DNA from: Rubripirellula sp.
GTDB lineage: Bacteria; Planctomycetota; Planctomycetia; Pirellulales; Pirellulaceae
Assembly (NCBI GenBank): GCA_965216875.1
Contig: OZ244207.1
Coordinates: 5,312,001 to 5,376,000 of the forward strand
Direction of reading: 5' to 3'
DNA length: 64,000 nucleotides
This document shows, piece after piece, positions 1 through 8,765 of this stretch; positions within the stretch are counted from its first letter, which is position 1, and every line of letters starts with the position of its first letter. The notes under the pieces are model-generated. The model was not told the origin of the DNA, did not search any database, and worked only from the letters and a program-made list of their open reading frames with translations. The position numbers and the translations under genes were made by a program.

Positions 1-1
1 T

Positions 2-217
2 GACTCCGATTCAACGCTTCGCCGGATGAACCTGTTGTGGGGGATCAAGCCGATCACATCAACGCAGTTTTCCGACCCCGAAAACCTGATCGACGAAGTC
101 GACCAATGGGGCCGCAAGCATGCCGAGCTCGTCTCGGGCGATCATGTCGTCTTCGTGACCGGAACGGGCGTCGTCAAGAAAGCCCACAACCAACTGCTCA
201 TCCACACCGTCGAGTAG
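2..217 (+). CDS. pyk: Pyruvate kinase C-terminal end (partial, runs off left edge)
   Basis: Frame is open from the window edge. TLRRMNLLWGIKP...GDHVVFVTG...HNQLLIHTVE resembles the pyruvate kinase alpha/beta C-terminal domain. Confidence 0.75.
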   Translation, partial: DSDSTLRRMNLLWGIKPITSTQFSDPENLIDEVDQWGRKHAELVSGDHVVFVTGTGVVKKAHNQLLIHTVE

Positions 218-274
218 CGTTGGGCACACAGTCGAGTAGCCCACAGTTGACTGGGCACAGGGTCGAGTAACGAC

Positions 275-302
275 AGACGCGTCCAGGAGCGGCGACGCGT
301 CT
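275..302. terminator. GC-rich hairpin between convergent genes
   Basis: 9-bp inverted repeat agacgcgtc (275-283) / gacgcgtct (294-302). There is no clear U-tract. Confidence 0.35.
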
Positions 303-306
303 CCGA

Positions 307-678
307 TCAGGTTTCGATTTGCAGAGTCACTTCGCCACTCAAGCGTGCCGGCGAGTCGGTGCCTCCCGCGAGTGTGATGGCAAGCACATTGTGAAGCTCG
401 AGATGTGGGGTGATCTCAGCGCGCAGTGGGCGTTTGTCATCATGCTCAATCACGTTGTCGTTGATCGCAATCTGCTCAAGCTTCCCTTCCCAATCGGAGA
501 TGGTGATCGAGACTCGATCTTGCCCGGTGAGTCCCGTCGGTCGGTTGAAGTTGCGTTTGTAGGTCGCACTCTCGCCGAGACCGTCACCGTGCTGAGTCTC
601 GGGAACGGTCACGCGAGTCGCTGTCGAATCCGAACCTTCGACTTTTTGCCACGGGCCTCGTAGTCGAATCGTATGCAT
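307..678 (-). CDS. Hypothetical protein, possibly a glycoside-hydrolase family 2 sugar-binding-like beta domain
   Basis: 123 aa with a GAGG RBS upstream. IRLRGPW, YKRNFNRPTGL and LRAEITPHLELHNVLAI resemble GH2 N-terminal jelly-roll motifs. Confidence 0.6.
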   Translation of the reverse strand: MHTIRLRGPWQKVEGSDSTATRVTVPETQHGDGLGESATYKRNFNRPTGLTGQDRVSITISDWEGKLEQIAINDNVIEHDDKRPLRAEITPHLELHNVLAITLAGGTDSPARLSGEVTLQIET

Positions 679-848
679 CTGTTCTCGGCCTCCTCACGCC
701 TGATCACCTGCCGTTGGTGCTACAACAAGGAAGGCTAGACAAAAAGATGGGAGGACAAAAGAGAAGGTCGATCAGAGCTCAGCGTTCTCGCAAAGCATCG
801 AAGAAAGCCGCGACCACTCTCGAGCGGTCGCGGCGGTACCGATTGGCC

Positions 849-998
849 TTAGGCTGTATCGCTCTCCTGCTGAACGGCATCCTTGAATTCGCGGATACTC
901 TCGCCGAGTGACCTGGCCCGTTTGGGCAAACAGGACCCGAACAGCAACAGGGCAACCAATCCAACGACCATCATTTCCATCGGACCAAAACCAAACAT
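849..998 (-). CDS. tatA: TatA/E-family twin-arginine translocase subunit
   Basis: MFGFGPMEMMVVGLVALLLFG-SCLPKRARSLGESIREFK: N-terminal TM helix, FG hinge and amphipathic helix ending in F-K. Start moved to ATG 998. Confidence 0.8.
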   Translation of the reverse strand: MFGFGPMEMMVVGLVALLLFGSCLPKRARSLGESIREFKDAVQQESDTA

Positions 999-1163
999 CT
1001 CTCGCTCCATTTGGGAGAAGTGGAAAAACCACAATTGGCGAGAGCATCGCGGTCACCAAGCGTCGGCACCGGCTGAACCAATTGAATGAACATTCAATGG
1101 TCCCAACCTAACGGCTCCTGTAGGCTGAAGCAATGGAAACTGCGACGAGAGGAAGCCACCACG

Positions 1164-1195
1164 AAAAAAGGCCTCAGCAGTGAATGCCGAGGCCT
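1164..1195 (-). terminator. Intrinsic terminator of the Ig/dockerin surface protein gene
   Basis: Minus strand reads aggcctcggca-ttcac-tgctgaggcct followed by a T run, about 30 bp after the stop at 1227. Confidence 0.8.
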
Positions 1196-1226
1196 GTTGA
1201 GTTTTCGATCGAGGATCGGGCTTCGA

Positions 1227-4200
1227 CTAGTCGTCGAGATCGATCACACCGGCGTCACGAGCGGCTGCGATCGTGTCGAGGTACTCGGGAAATTCGCCCG
1301 ACAATCCGCTGCTGACATCGTGGAAGTCGAGGTCATCGATTCCGCCGAAGAACTGGACGCCAAAGCCGTCGCCATTGGCAACAACAAAGTCGTCGGCCGA
1401 CAGGCGAGCCGTTCGCACGGTGTTCTCTTCGACAATCGTCAACAGTGCTGCATCGCGATCTTCGTTGAGCACGAGCTCGGCGAAGTCAACGCCTTCGAAT
1501 CCAGCACCCAGAATAATGAAGTTCTGGCTGCCATCGGATGCCAGCGAAACCAAGCCGCCTTCGCGGCCACCATCCGAGATGGTGTTCATGTCTTGGTTGG
1601 TACGCAGGTAGCTGCTGGCCAAGATGTCGACGGTGTTCAGAGCGTTGCCTGCCGTGCCCAGCAGCGGGAAGTTCAAGCCGCTGATGTTCTCGCCACCGTT
1701 GGTGCCGATGTCAACGTGGAAGCTTCCGCCGCCAAGGTAGATCACTTTTTCCGAGTGGTTCAGTGGCGAACCATCAATCATCGGCATGACGGTGTAGTCG
1801 CCTGGGGCGATACCGTCGACGTTGAAGCTACCGTGTGAGTTGGTCCAGGTCACGAGGTTAATGTCTTCGCCAGTGACGTTTTCCGCTGCAGGCGAAAAGA
1901 CGTGAACTTCGACCCCACCAACACCAGGTTCATCGCTGTCGTGGATACCATTTCGAATTGGATCCGCACCGCCAAGCAGGTCGCTCAGGTTTTCGATGTG
2001 ATCGATGAAGATCGAACCACCGATGCTTGATGGATTGAAGTCTTGGACGTTGACGCTAGCGACAGCCGAATCTTCCAAACCTTGAGCGTCACGAATGGTG
2101 TAAGTGAAGCTGGTTGGTCCAGAGAACCCTGGATCAGGCGTGAAGGAGATGGTGTTGTCGGCGTTGACCGAAACGGTCGCATTTCCATCATCGGAAGTGA
2201 CCGAGACCACCGAGAAACTCTGTCCCGATTCGTCTTCCCCAGCATCATCGTTTCCGATCACGCTCAGGTTCTGGGTGATGTCGACAAAGGCGATCAAGCC
2301 ACTGTCGTCGTTGGCTCGTGGCGCGTCATTGACGCCATTGATCGTGATCGTGACGGTTGCACTGACAGGATCATTGACGCTGTCGGTCACGGTGTAGGTG
2401 TAAACCGACTGAGCCGCGTCGCCGTCGGTCAAAGCTCCGACAGCCGCACTGCGTGGGTCGACGGTCACAGTGGTGCCGTCAACGGTAACACCCAAACCAG
2501 GCCCTGAGACGAGCACAGGTGAGGAGGCAACAGTGACGGTGTCGCCACTATTGGAATCGCTCACGTTTTGCAGCAGGTTGACCGTCGCACTTTGGTCACC
2601 TTCGGTGTAGGAGACCGAAAGTGGTGTCGCGGTCGGTGGCACGTTCACTTCACTGATCGTGATCGAGATCGTGCCGGTGTCGCTGCCGGTCGAGTTGGAT
2701 GCGGTGTAGACCAGGGTGTCGCTACCAGGACCTTGAGCGTTGTAGGTCAACGTCGTGCCGGAGATCGACGCGGAACCCGAAGCCGGGTCGGTCGTGATCG
2801 TCAGCGAGTCAGGAGTTCCTCCCGAAAGCAAAGTCGAAAGATCGATTTGCCCGCTGCTGTTTTGCGAAACCAGCAAGCTTCCGTCAGCCGCAACCGGTGC
2901 GATTTCGTTGACCGTGATGGTCACGGTCGCAGTATCGGTGTCGGTACCGTCGCTGAGCGTGTAGGTGAAGGTGTCGTTACCGGTGTAGCCAGGTTCTGGC
3001 GTGTAGGTGACGACTCCATTGAGGCTTGTCGATGCGTTCGGATTGTTTGGTTGACTGACGCTCACGATCGTCAACGTGTCGGCCTCATTCGCCGCACCCG
3101 TCGTGTCGCCGTCCAACAGGTCGGCAAGCGAAATCGTCAGCGTCGTGTTTTGATCGGCGCTGAAGCTGTCGTCATCTGCTACCGGTGGATCGTTCACAGC
3201 AGCAACGCTCACGGTGATCGTTCCCGTATCGCTGCCACCGTTGTTCGATGCGGTGTAGACAATCGTGTCGCTACCGTTTTCGTCAGCGTTAGGCGTGTAA
3301 GTCAGGATCGTGCCAGAAATGCTTGCCGAACCAATCGAACCGTTGGTGGTGACCGAAAGTGTGTCGGTGGCACCGCCCGAAAGAAGCGTTGCCAAATCAA
3401 TCGTGTTGGCGATGTCTTCGGTCACGCTCAAGTTCGCGTTGCCAGCAACAGGCGAGGGCTGGACGCCAATGTTGACCGTGACGGTTGCCGAGCCTTCGTC
3501 GCTGCCATCACCGATGGTGTAGGTGAAGGTATCGGTGCCGGTGAATCCAGATGGTGGCGTGTAGGTGACCACACCGTTCAAATCGGTCGTCGCACCGGCT
3601 TGGGTTGGATCACCAATGCTGTTGACCATCAACGAATCAGCTTCGTTGGCTGCACCGGTCGAAGCTCCTTCGAGCAGATCGGCAAGCTGGATGGTTAGCG
3701 TTTGATCTTGAATGATGCTGAAGTTCTTGTTGACCGGAACGGGTGGGTCGTTGACCGCAGCAATGTCGATTGTGATCGTCCCGGTGTCAGAACCGAATGT
3801 GTTTGACGCCGTATAGACGATCGTGTCGGCACCAAATTCATCCGCCGCTGGCGTGTAGGTCAACGTCGTTCCCGAAATCGAAGCGCTGCCGCGCGAACCA
3901 TTGGTCGTCACCGTCAAAGAATCAGGTGTGCCGCCAGAAAGCAGCGAAGCAAGATCGAGTGTGTTGGCGATGTCTTCGGTGACCGCAAGCGATGCGTTAT
4001 CAGCAACGGGTGGCTCAGGCTGCGCGGTCACGTTGAAGGTGACCCGGGCGTCTTCGTCGATCAGTACCTGAGCTTGGTCAATCGGATTGTCACGACCATA
4101 AAGCAGGATATGTTCCTCGATTTCACCTGGATTGACATCGACGACAAAGTCGGACGCCGGCTCGGTGAACTGCACCAAAATGCTGAACGAATCGAACGGC

Positions 4201-5363
4201 GTGATAAATCCGCCATCGTCGGTCAATTGAGGCACACCGCCGCCTTCGGCTGGCACCAAGCCGAGACCACCAACTGTGGTAAAGCCATCAACGGGATCAA
4301 ACTCACCGCGGTTTTGGCCAGAGAAGAACTGTTCGTTGTTGTTGAAGGTGCGACTAAAGCTATTGATGTTGAATCGCATCGCGTCGGAATTGGCGCTACC
4401 ATCCGGATTGCGTGGATTAAACGGAATCGTTTGCGTCGGGAAATCGACGGGAGCGCTGTCTCCATCAACAATGTTATTCGTGATCATGATGTCCGGCAAA
4501 TTGACATCACGAAACGCTGCGTCCTTGAAGAAGACCTGGAACCCGATGTCATCGTTTCCGAAATCGAGTGGATCAAGGTCGTATTGATCCGACGTAAACC
4601 CAAACGCGTCGAGAGCGTTCCTTATTTCGTTATTGGTGTTGGTCGCAAAGTCGGCCCACTGCGAAACGTAGGTCCCAAATCCGTCCATCGTGAAGGTGAA
4701 GTTACCAGAGAACGAGCCGATATCGGGGCGAGAAATTGAGTCACCACCAATGATCAACCGTTGAGCTTCGTTAAGAACTGGCTCGAGGTTGTTCCCTTCG
4801 CTCACACCCAAGTCGGAATAGATTTGGAAGACGCCCAAACGATCGTTGAACAACCGAAGTTCGTTGTAACTCACTTCAAGGAAGAACGGCTCGTCCACAC
4901 CGATGCTGATGCTGCCGTCGGGCTCTGGAGTGATCAGTTCGTCGTTAAGGTCACGCGCGTTCAGGGTCAATTCGACCAGCTCGCCAACGCCCTCAACTCG
5001 GTTCAATGCATTGATGACGCTCAATGCATCCGCAGCTGAAATCCGATGGTCCGCGTTGACGTCGTAGAACATCTCCGGCTGTTCGGAGTTGGCAGTGTCC
5101 CCAACCGCTTGCGAGCGATTGAGATAGTTGATCACTGCAAGTGCGTCACGTGCGGTGACCTTCTGGTCATCGTTCACGTCGGCGCCATGCCAATAATTGT
5201 GATTGGAAGCGAGCACGTCCCCGGCCAACAATTCGCGCTTTTCCAACGCTTCATTACTGAGGCGACGCGAGACATTCGTGCGGCAAGAATTCTCAGAGCG
5301 TCCACGCCGCTTATTGGAGCTTTGCGAGCCGGAGCGACGAAGCAATTGACGCAGATTTTTCAT
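1227..5363 (-). CDS. Secreted surface protein: planctomycete export motif, dockerin-like pair, putative cohesin-like domain, tandem Ig/cadherin-like repeats, SdrD-B-like domain
   Basis: RRLSNEALEKRELLAGD; DVNDDQKVTARDAL...DVNADHRISAADAL; repeated VNDPP.A.../TYTP..G..G.DTFTYT units; SIGGSIFID...NGIHDSDEPGVGGV. Likely start is MKNLRQ at 5363. Confidence 0.85.
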   Translation of the reverse strand: MKNLRQLLRRSGSQSSNKRRGRSENSCRTNVSRRLSNEALEKRELLAGDVLASNHNYWHGADVNDDQKVTARDALAVINYLNRSQAVGDTANSEQPEMFYDVNADHRISAADALSVINALNRVEGVGELVELTLNARDLNDELITPEPDGSISIGVDEPFFLEVSYNELRLFNDRLGVFQIYSDLGVSEGNNLEPVLNEAQRLIIGGDSISRPDIGSFSGNFTFTMDGFGTYVSQWADFATNTNNEIRNALDAFGFTSDQYDLDPLDFGNDDIGFQVFFKDAAFRDVNLPDIMITNNIVDGDSAPVDFPTQTIPFNPRNPDGSANSDAMRFNINSFSRTFNNNEQFFSGQNRGEFDPVDGFTTVGGLGLVPAEGGGVPQLTDDGGFITPFDSFSILVQFTEPASDFVVDVNPGEIEEHILLYGRDNPIDQAQVLIDEDARVTFNVTAQPEPPVADNASLAVTEDIANTLDLASLLSGGTPDSLTVTTNGSRGSASISGTTLTYTPAADEFGADTIVYTASNTFGSDTGTITIDIAAVNDPPVPVNKNFSIIQDQTLTIQLADLLEGASTGAANEADSLMVNSIGDPTQAGATTDLNGVVTYTPPSGFTGTDTFTYTIGDGSDEGSATVTVNIGVQPSPVAGNANLSVTEDIANTIDLATLLSGGATDTLSVTTNGSIGSASISGTILTYTPNADENGSDTIVYTASNNGGSDTGTITVSVAAVNDPPVADDDSFSADQNTTLTISLADLLDGDTTGAANEADTLTIVSVSQPNNPNASTSLNGVVTYTPEPGYTGNDTFTYTLSDGTDTDTATVTITVNEIAPVAADGSLLVSQNSSGQIDLSTLLSGGTPDSLTITTDPASGSASISGTTLTYNAQGPGSDTLVYTASNSTGSDTGTISITISEVNVPPTATPLSVSYTEGDQSATVNLLQNVSDSNSGDTVTVASSPVLVSGPGLGVTVDGTTVTVDPRSAAVGALTDGDAAQSVYTYTVTDSVNDPVSATVTITINGVNDAPRANDDSGLIAFVDITQNLSVIGNDDAGEDESGQSFSVVSVTSDDGNATVSVNADNTISFTPDPGFSGPTSFTYTIRDAQGLEDSAVASVNVQDFNPSSIGGSIFIDHIENLSDLLGGADPIRNGIHDSDEPGVGGVEVHVFSPAAENVTGEDINLVTWTNSHGSFNVDGIAPGDYTVMPMIDGSPLNHSEKVIYLGGGSFHVDIGTNGGENISGLNFPLLGTAGNALNTVDILASSYLRTNQDMNTISDGGREGGLVSLASDGSQNFIILGAGFEGVDFAELVLNEDRDAALLTIVEENTVRTARLSADDFVVANGDGFGVQFFGGIDDLDFHDVSSGLSGEFPEYLDTIAAARDAGVIDLDD
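2640..4015 (-). repeat. Intragenic A-B-A-B-A array of Ig-like domains
   Basis: A (V.EDIANT.DLA.LLSGG.P/TD.L...SASISGT.LTY) occurs three times and B (LADLL.G..TGAANEAD.L) twice, with a period of roughly 555 bp. Confidence 0.8.
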
Positions 5364-5614
5364 CTGTACTCTCGGGAATGATGCAGTGGACTTCGTGGGG
5401 AATGGTTCGCCGATCAAATCGACGCTGCTATGACCCAAACGGGGGAATTAGCGGTAATGGGTTTGGGTGTCCGGGATTCCGGTAATCTGGGTCGGAATTC
5501 GAACGATCCAAAAAATGCGAGTAGTGGCCCTATCTTATCTGGTCTTCCCGCTTTATCAATCTTCTGGCGAGAATGATAACCAAACGGGATTGCTGCCGGC
5601 GGTTAGACCACCGA

Positions 5615-8299
5615 TCAGGCTAAAGGTTCCTGTAATTCGCTTTGGAATGGTTGGAACGATTGTGCCAAATCTCTCGCATTGACCTCACTTTCGGATTTCG
5701 TTTGATGGGAATCAGGTTGTGAATCGATGGAAAATACCGAAAAAACAGGTGTTTTTGCCGCAATCACTGCCCCTACAGACGGCATGCCTTTCCTATCGGC
5801 ACCAAATGTACTGTTGCTTTCATCAGGGGTATCCTGACCCGCAGAGTCCAACAATTGGAACTGCTCGGGCTCAGGAAGTCTTGCGAGTGGGTGTGCGGTT
5901 GTATCGTGGTTCGCCTCGCCTTGGCCGAAGATGGCTCCAATGGCTTGGTCGGTCGCTTGTTCGTTGCCATCGGCCGGCTGACTTGCCGTCTCGGGTGTGC
6001 TGGCTGCGAAGACCAATTCGCCTTCGACGGGGGGCTGGCGATTGAGCGAATTGATCACCAGAAGAGCGTCCAGAGCCGTGGCCGAACCGTCGTTATTGAC
6101 GTCAACATCGAAGCCGGTCGTCTCATCGGGACCCAGGATCCTGGTATCAAATCGAGTGATGTCGTTGATGATGACCAGAGCATCGCGGGCGGTCACGATT
6201 CCGTCTCCGTTGGCGTCCTCGGCGATCACCAAGTTGTGGCGCGGACTATCGACCACTTGGGCAGCGGCTGCAACGAAATCGCTGACCCCACCGACGACGC
6301 TAAATGGAATCTCGCTCTGGTCATATTGATGGATCAGCCGCTGTGGCGTGAGCTCGGCAACGTATTGACCATCGGGCAGATTCGGCAGGGACCAGGCCCC
6401 GGTTGCATCGATCGTGGTCGTCGTCACGAATCCAAACTCGACTCGGCTCACCGCGATTCCGGTGACCGTATGCCCCAGACCGAAGGCACGAATCGACCGA
6501 ATCGAGCTCGTGGGATCTTGGACAACGAGAGTCGCGACATCGCGAAAGCGAACAATTTCCGTGACGCGAGTGACGAGGTTGCCATGTTCGTCGAGCGCCT
6601 CAACGCGTGCGTAGCTTTCGTCGTTCAAACCGATGACGTCGACACTCACTTGCCCGACGGCTTGGTCGAAGTTGGCGATGAACTTGCGTTCGTACCATCG
6701 CTCACGGGCGGCACCTTCGATCCCATTGTCGATTTCTTGAGCGAAAAAGACATTCCGGTTTCCTGCTGCCGATGAATTCAGTGCCCGCAATTGATCATCA
6801 TATTCGGGACCGATTTCCATCTCGGGAACTTCGAGTGTCAGAGTGACTCCGTCCAGGTTTTCAACGACTCCGTCGAGATCCGCGGCGTCGACAACGCCAC
6901 CAAACATCGCCTCGTTGTCGGCGCGTCGAACGACGACCTCCGTTGTGGCCAACGCACTCTCACCAAGATCGCGTTGGCCGTTGGCGTTGTCGTCAAGGAA
7001 GGAAAGACCACGATGACTCGAAACAGACATCGCGGGGGTTGTCCGAGTCCCTTCGACGAGATTACTTGTAATGCCCGTCGCTGCATCAACAGCGCGCCAC
7101 CGAATCGTCTCGAACGGGCTGGCTAGCGTGATCGTTAGATCCACATCAACCACTTGCTGATCAGGACTAGCCGCCGTCACCCACGGTCCATCGTCCAAAC
7201 TGTACTGCAATTGGCTGATTCGGTTCAGCGTGATGTCGGAATTCGTGCCGGTGATGCTGGGGTGTTCGCCATACGAATTCAGGTTTGGCAGAGCGACCGC
7301 CTGGGCAGTGCCTTGCAAACGGTAGGTCGATGAAGATGAATCGAACGAGCCGACGACGTTCAAGTCCAGTGGCACATCAAGCACGTCAAAGACGCCATCA
7401 CCATCCGAATCTTGCCAACCGACCAGTGCCAGTGTTGAAGCAGGACTGGTCAGATCATCGTAGGCCTCCGCGAGCGGCGCCCCACCGAGCATGATGCTGT
7501 TTTCTTGCTGGCTGATATCGGGATGGTTATCGGTCGCGTTGAAGTTTTGCGTGTCGTAGTAGCCACGTTTCGCTTGGTAGGGACTTCCGCCTGGGTATTC
7601 GTCAAACGCCCAGAAGATGTGCCCCATTTCGTGGGCCACGGTCGATGCCGACCGGCTTGTCGGGACGACCATATAGAGGCCACCGCTCAGTGCAAACGCA
7701 CCAGGCAACCCGCCATTGAAGAGTCCGTCGGGATCATCCGACGCATCGACGACAAAGATCGTGAATCCCCAATCGGCTTCTTCTCTCAAACGGAGCGCAT
7801 GATTGTATTCCCAGACCGCGTCTTCAAGACTCGATGCCCCCGTGAATCCCTGTGCAGCGAGGAATTCGCTGATGTAGAGATGATGTCCGTGTACGGGATC
7901 GGTACTTGGGCGATCGATCGGTTCGTATCGCGTCTCGAACGGTTGCTCGGCAAAGGTCGTGTCAAAGACGAACTCAAGCTCATGAACCGAATTGAGCGTG
8001 TCAAGCAAGTCGCCCCACCAGTTCACACCTTCCTTGACCTTTTCAATCTCCGAGTCGATCTCGGCTGGCGTCCAGTTCTGGCTCTGCGGATCAAGTTGGC
8101 CATTGCTTTCGAAAAAGACCACCTGGACGGCGACCTTGCCCAACAAGTACTCGCCGGTGTCTTTCCAAGTCGCCCCGAGCGGTGCCGCCGCGAGCAGTTG
8201 CCGCGTTTCAAGCTGCTCAAGCATGGAATGCCGGCGCATGCGATCGCGGAAACCTCGCGATGGCTTGGCTGACTTGCGTTTGGAAGAGCGGCGAAACAT
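5615..8299 (-). CDS. Secreted zinc metalloprotease with SdrD-B-like and C-terminal dockerin-like domains
   Basis: RRHSMLEQLETRQLLAA export motif; VAHEMGHIFWAFDEY zinc motif with a downstream NSIM Met-turn candidate; DANGDGIVTARDAL...DVNNDGSATALDAL. Confidence 0.85.
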   Translation of the reverse strand: MFRRSSKRKSAKPSRGFRDRMRRHSMLEQLETRQLLAAAPLGATWKDTGEYLLGKVAVQVVFFESNGQLDPQSQNWTPAEIDSEIEKVKEGVNWWGDLLDTLNSVHELEFVFDTTFAEQPFETRYEPIDRPSTDPVHGHHLYISEFLAAQGFTGASSLEDAVWEYNHALRLREEADWGFTIFVVDASDDPDGLFNGGLPGAFALSGGLYMVVPTSRSASTVAHEMGHIFWAFDEYPGGSPYQAKRGYYDTQNFNATDNHPDISQQENSIMLGGAPLAEAYDDLTSPASTLALVGWQDSDGDGVFDVLDVPLDLNVVGSFDSSSSTYRLQGTAQAVALPNLNSYGEHPSITGTNSDITLNRISQLQYSLDDGPWVTAASPDQQVVDVDLTITLASPFETIRWRAVDAATGITSNLVEGTRTTPAMSVSSHRGLSFLDDNANGQRDLGESALATTEVVVRRADNEAMFGGVVDAADLDGVVENLDGVTLTLEVPEMEIGPEYDDQLRALNSSAAGNRNVFFAQEIDNGIEGAARERWYERKFIANFDQAVGQVSVDVIGLNDESYARVEALDEHGNLVTRVTEIVRFRDVATLVVQDPTSSIRSIRAFGLGHTVTGIAVSRVEFGFVTTTTIDATGAWSLPNLPDGQYVAELTPQRLIHQYDQSEIPFSVVGGVSDFVAAAAQVVDSPRHNLVIAEDANGDGIVTARDALVIINDITRFDTRILGPDETTGFDVDVNNDGSATALDALLVINSLNRQPPVEGELVFAASTPETASQPADGNEQATDQAIGAIFGQGEANHDTTAHPLARLPEPEQFQLLDSAGQDTPDESNSTFGADRKGMPSVGAVIAAKTPVFSVFSIDSQPDSHQTKSESEVNARDLAQSFQPFQSELQEPLA

Positions 8300-8682
8300 G
8301 CAGTCCTACGGCAGAGGATGAATGGTGGTCCGGTTGCACGGGATTTCTGTCGTGCCGTGCATCGGGCTATCGCTTAGACTCCGAAACCCCAGAAAAGTCC
8401 CCCAGTTGGAGGACAATTGACTCAGGTAACCGATGCGCGATCGGGATGACCACACCCTATACGCGGATTTGCCTAACGATTGACGTCCTGCTTTATCTCA
8501 ATCGGAATCAATCCTTTTTATAGGCGCTGGATGCCTATCTCCCCTAGATAGGGGCAATTCCGATCCGAAAGCGCACGGTATATCGGTTCGCCAGGGGCGA
8601 TGATGCCAGAATGCATCATCCACCCCCCCGAGATTTCGTAGTCCTGGGCGGACATTCCTACTAGAGGCGGAACGTCGAACCA

Positions 8683-8745
8683 GTTCGTCGTACCGAGCTT
8701 CAGCCGGAATCTTCAGGCATTCCGGCTGAGGGCGGAACGACGAAC
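8683..8745 (-). repeat. REP/REPIN-like palindrome, family A
   Basis: Reverse complement gttcgtcgttccgccctcagccggaatgcctgaagattccggctgaagctcggtacgacgaac aligns with the copies at 28194 and 62326. A degenerate remnant lies at about 8635-8680. Confidence 0.8.
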
Positions 8746-8765
8746 GGTGTCTGGACTCGCGGGGT

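Noticed and set aside
209..270. gtcgagta three times with gggcaca twice after pyk
   Set aside because: Too short and irregular to support an array or a defined element.
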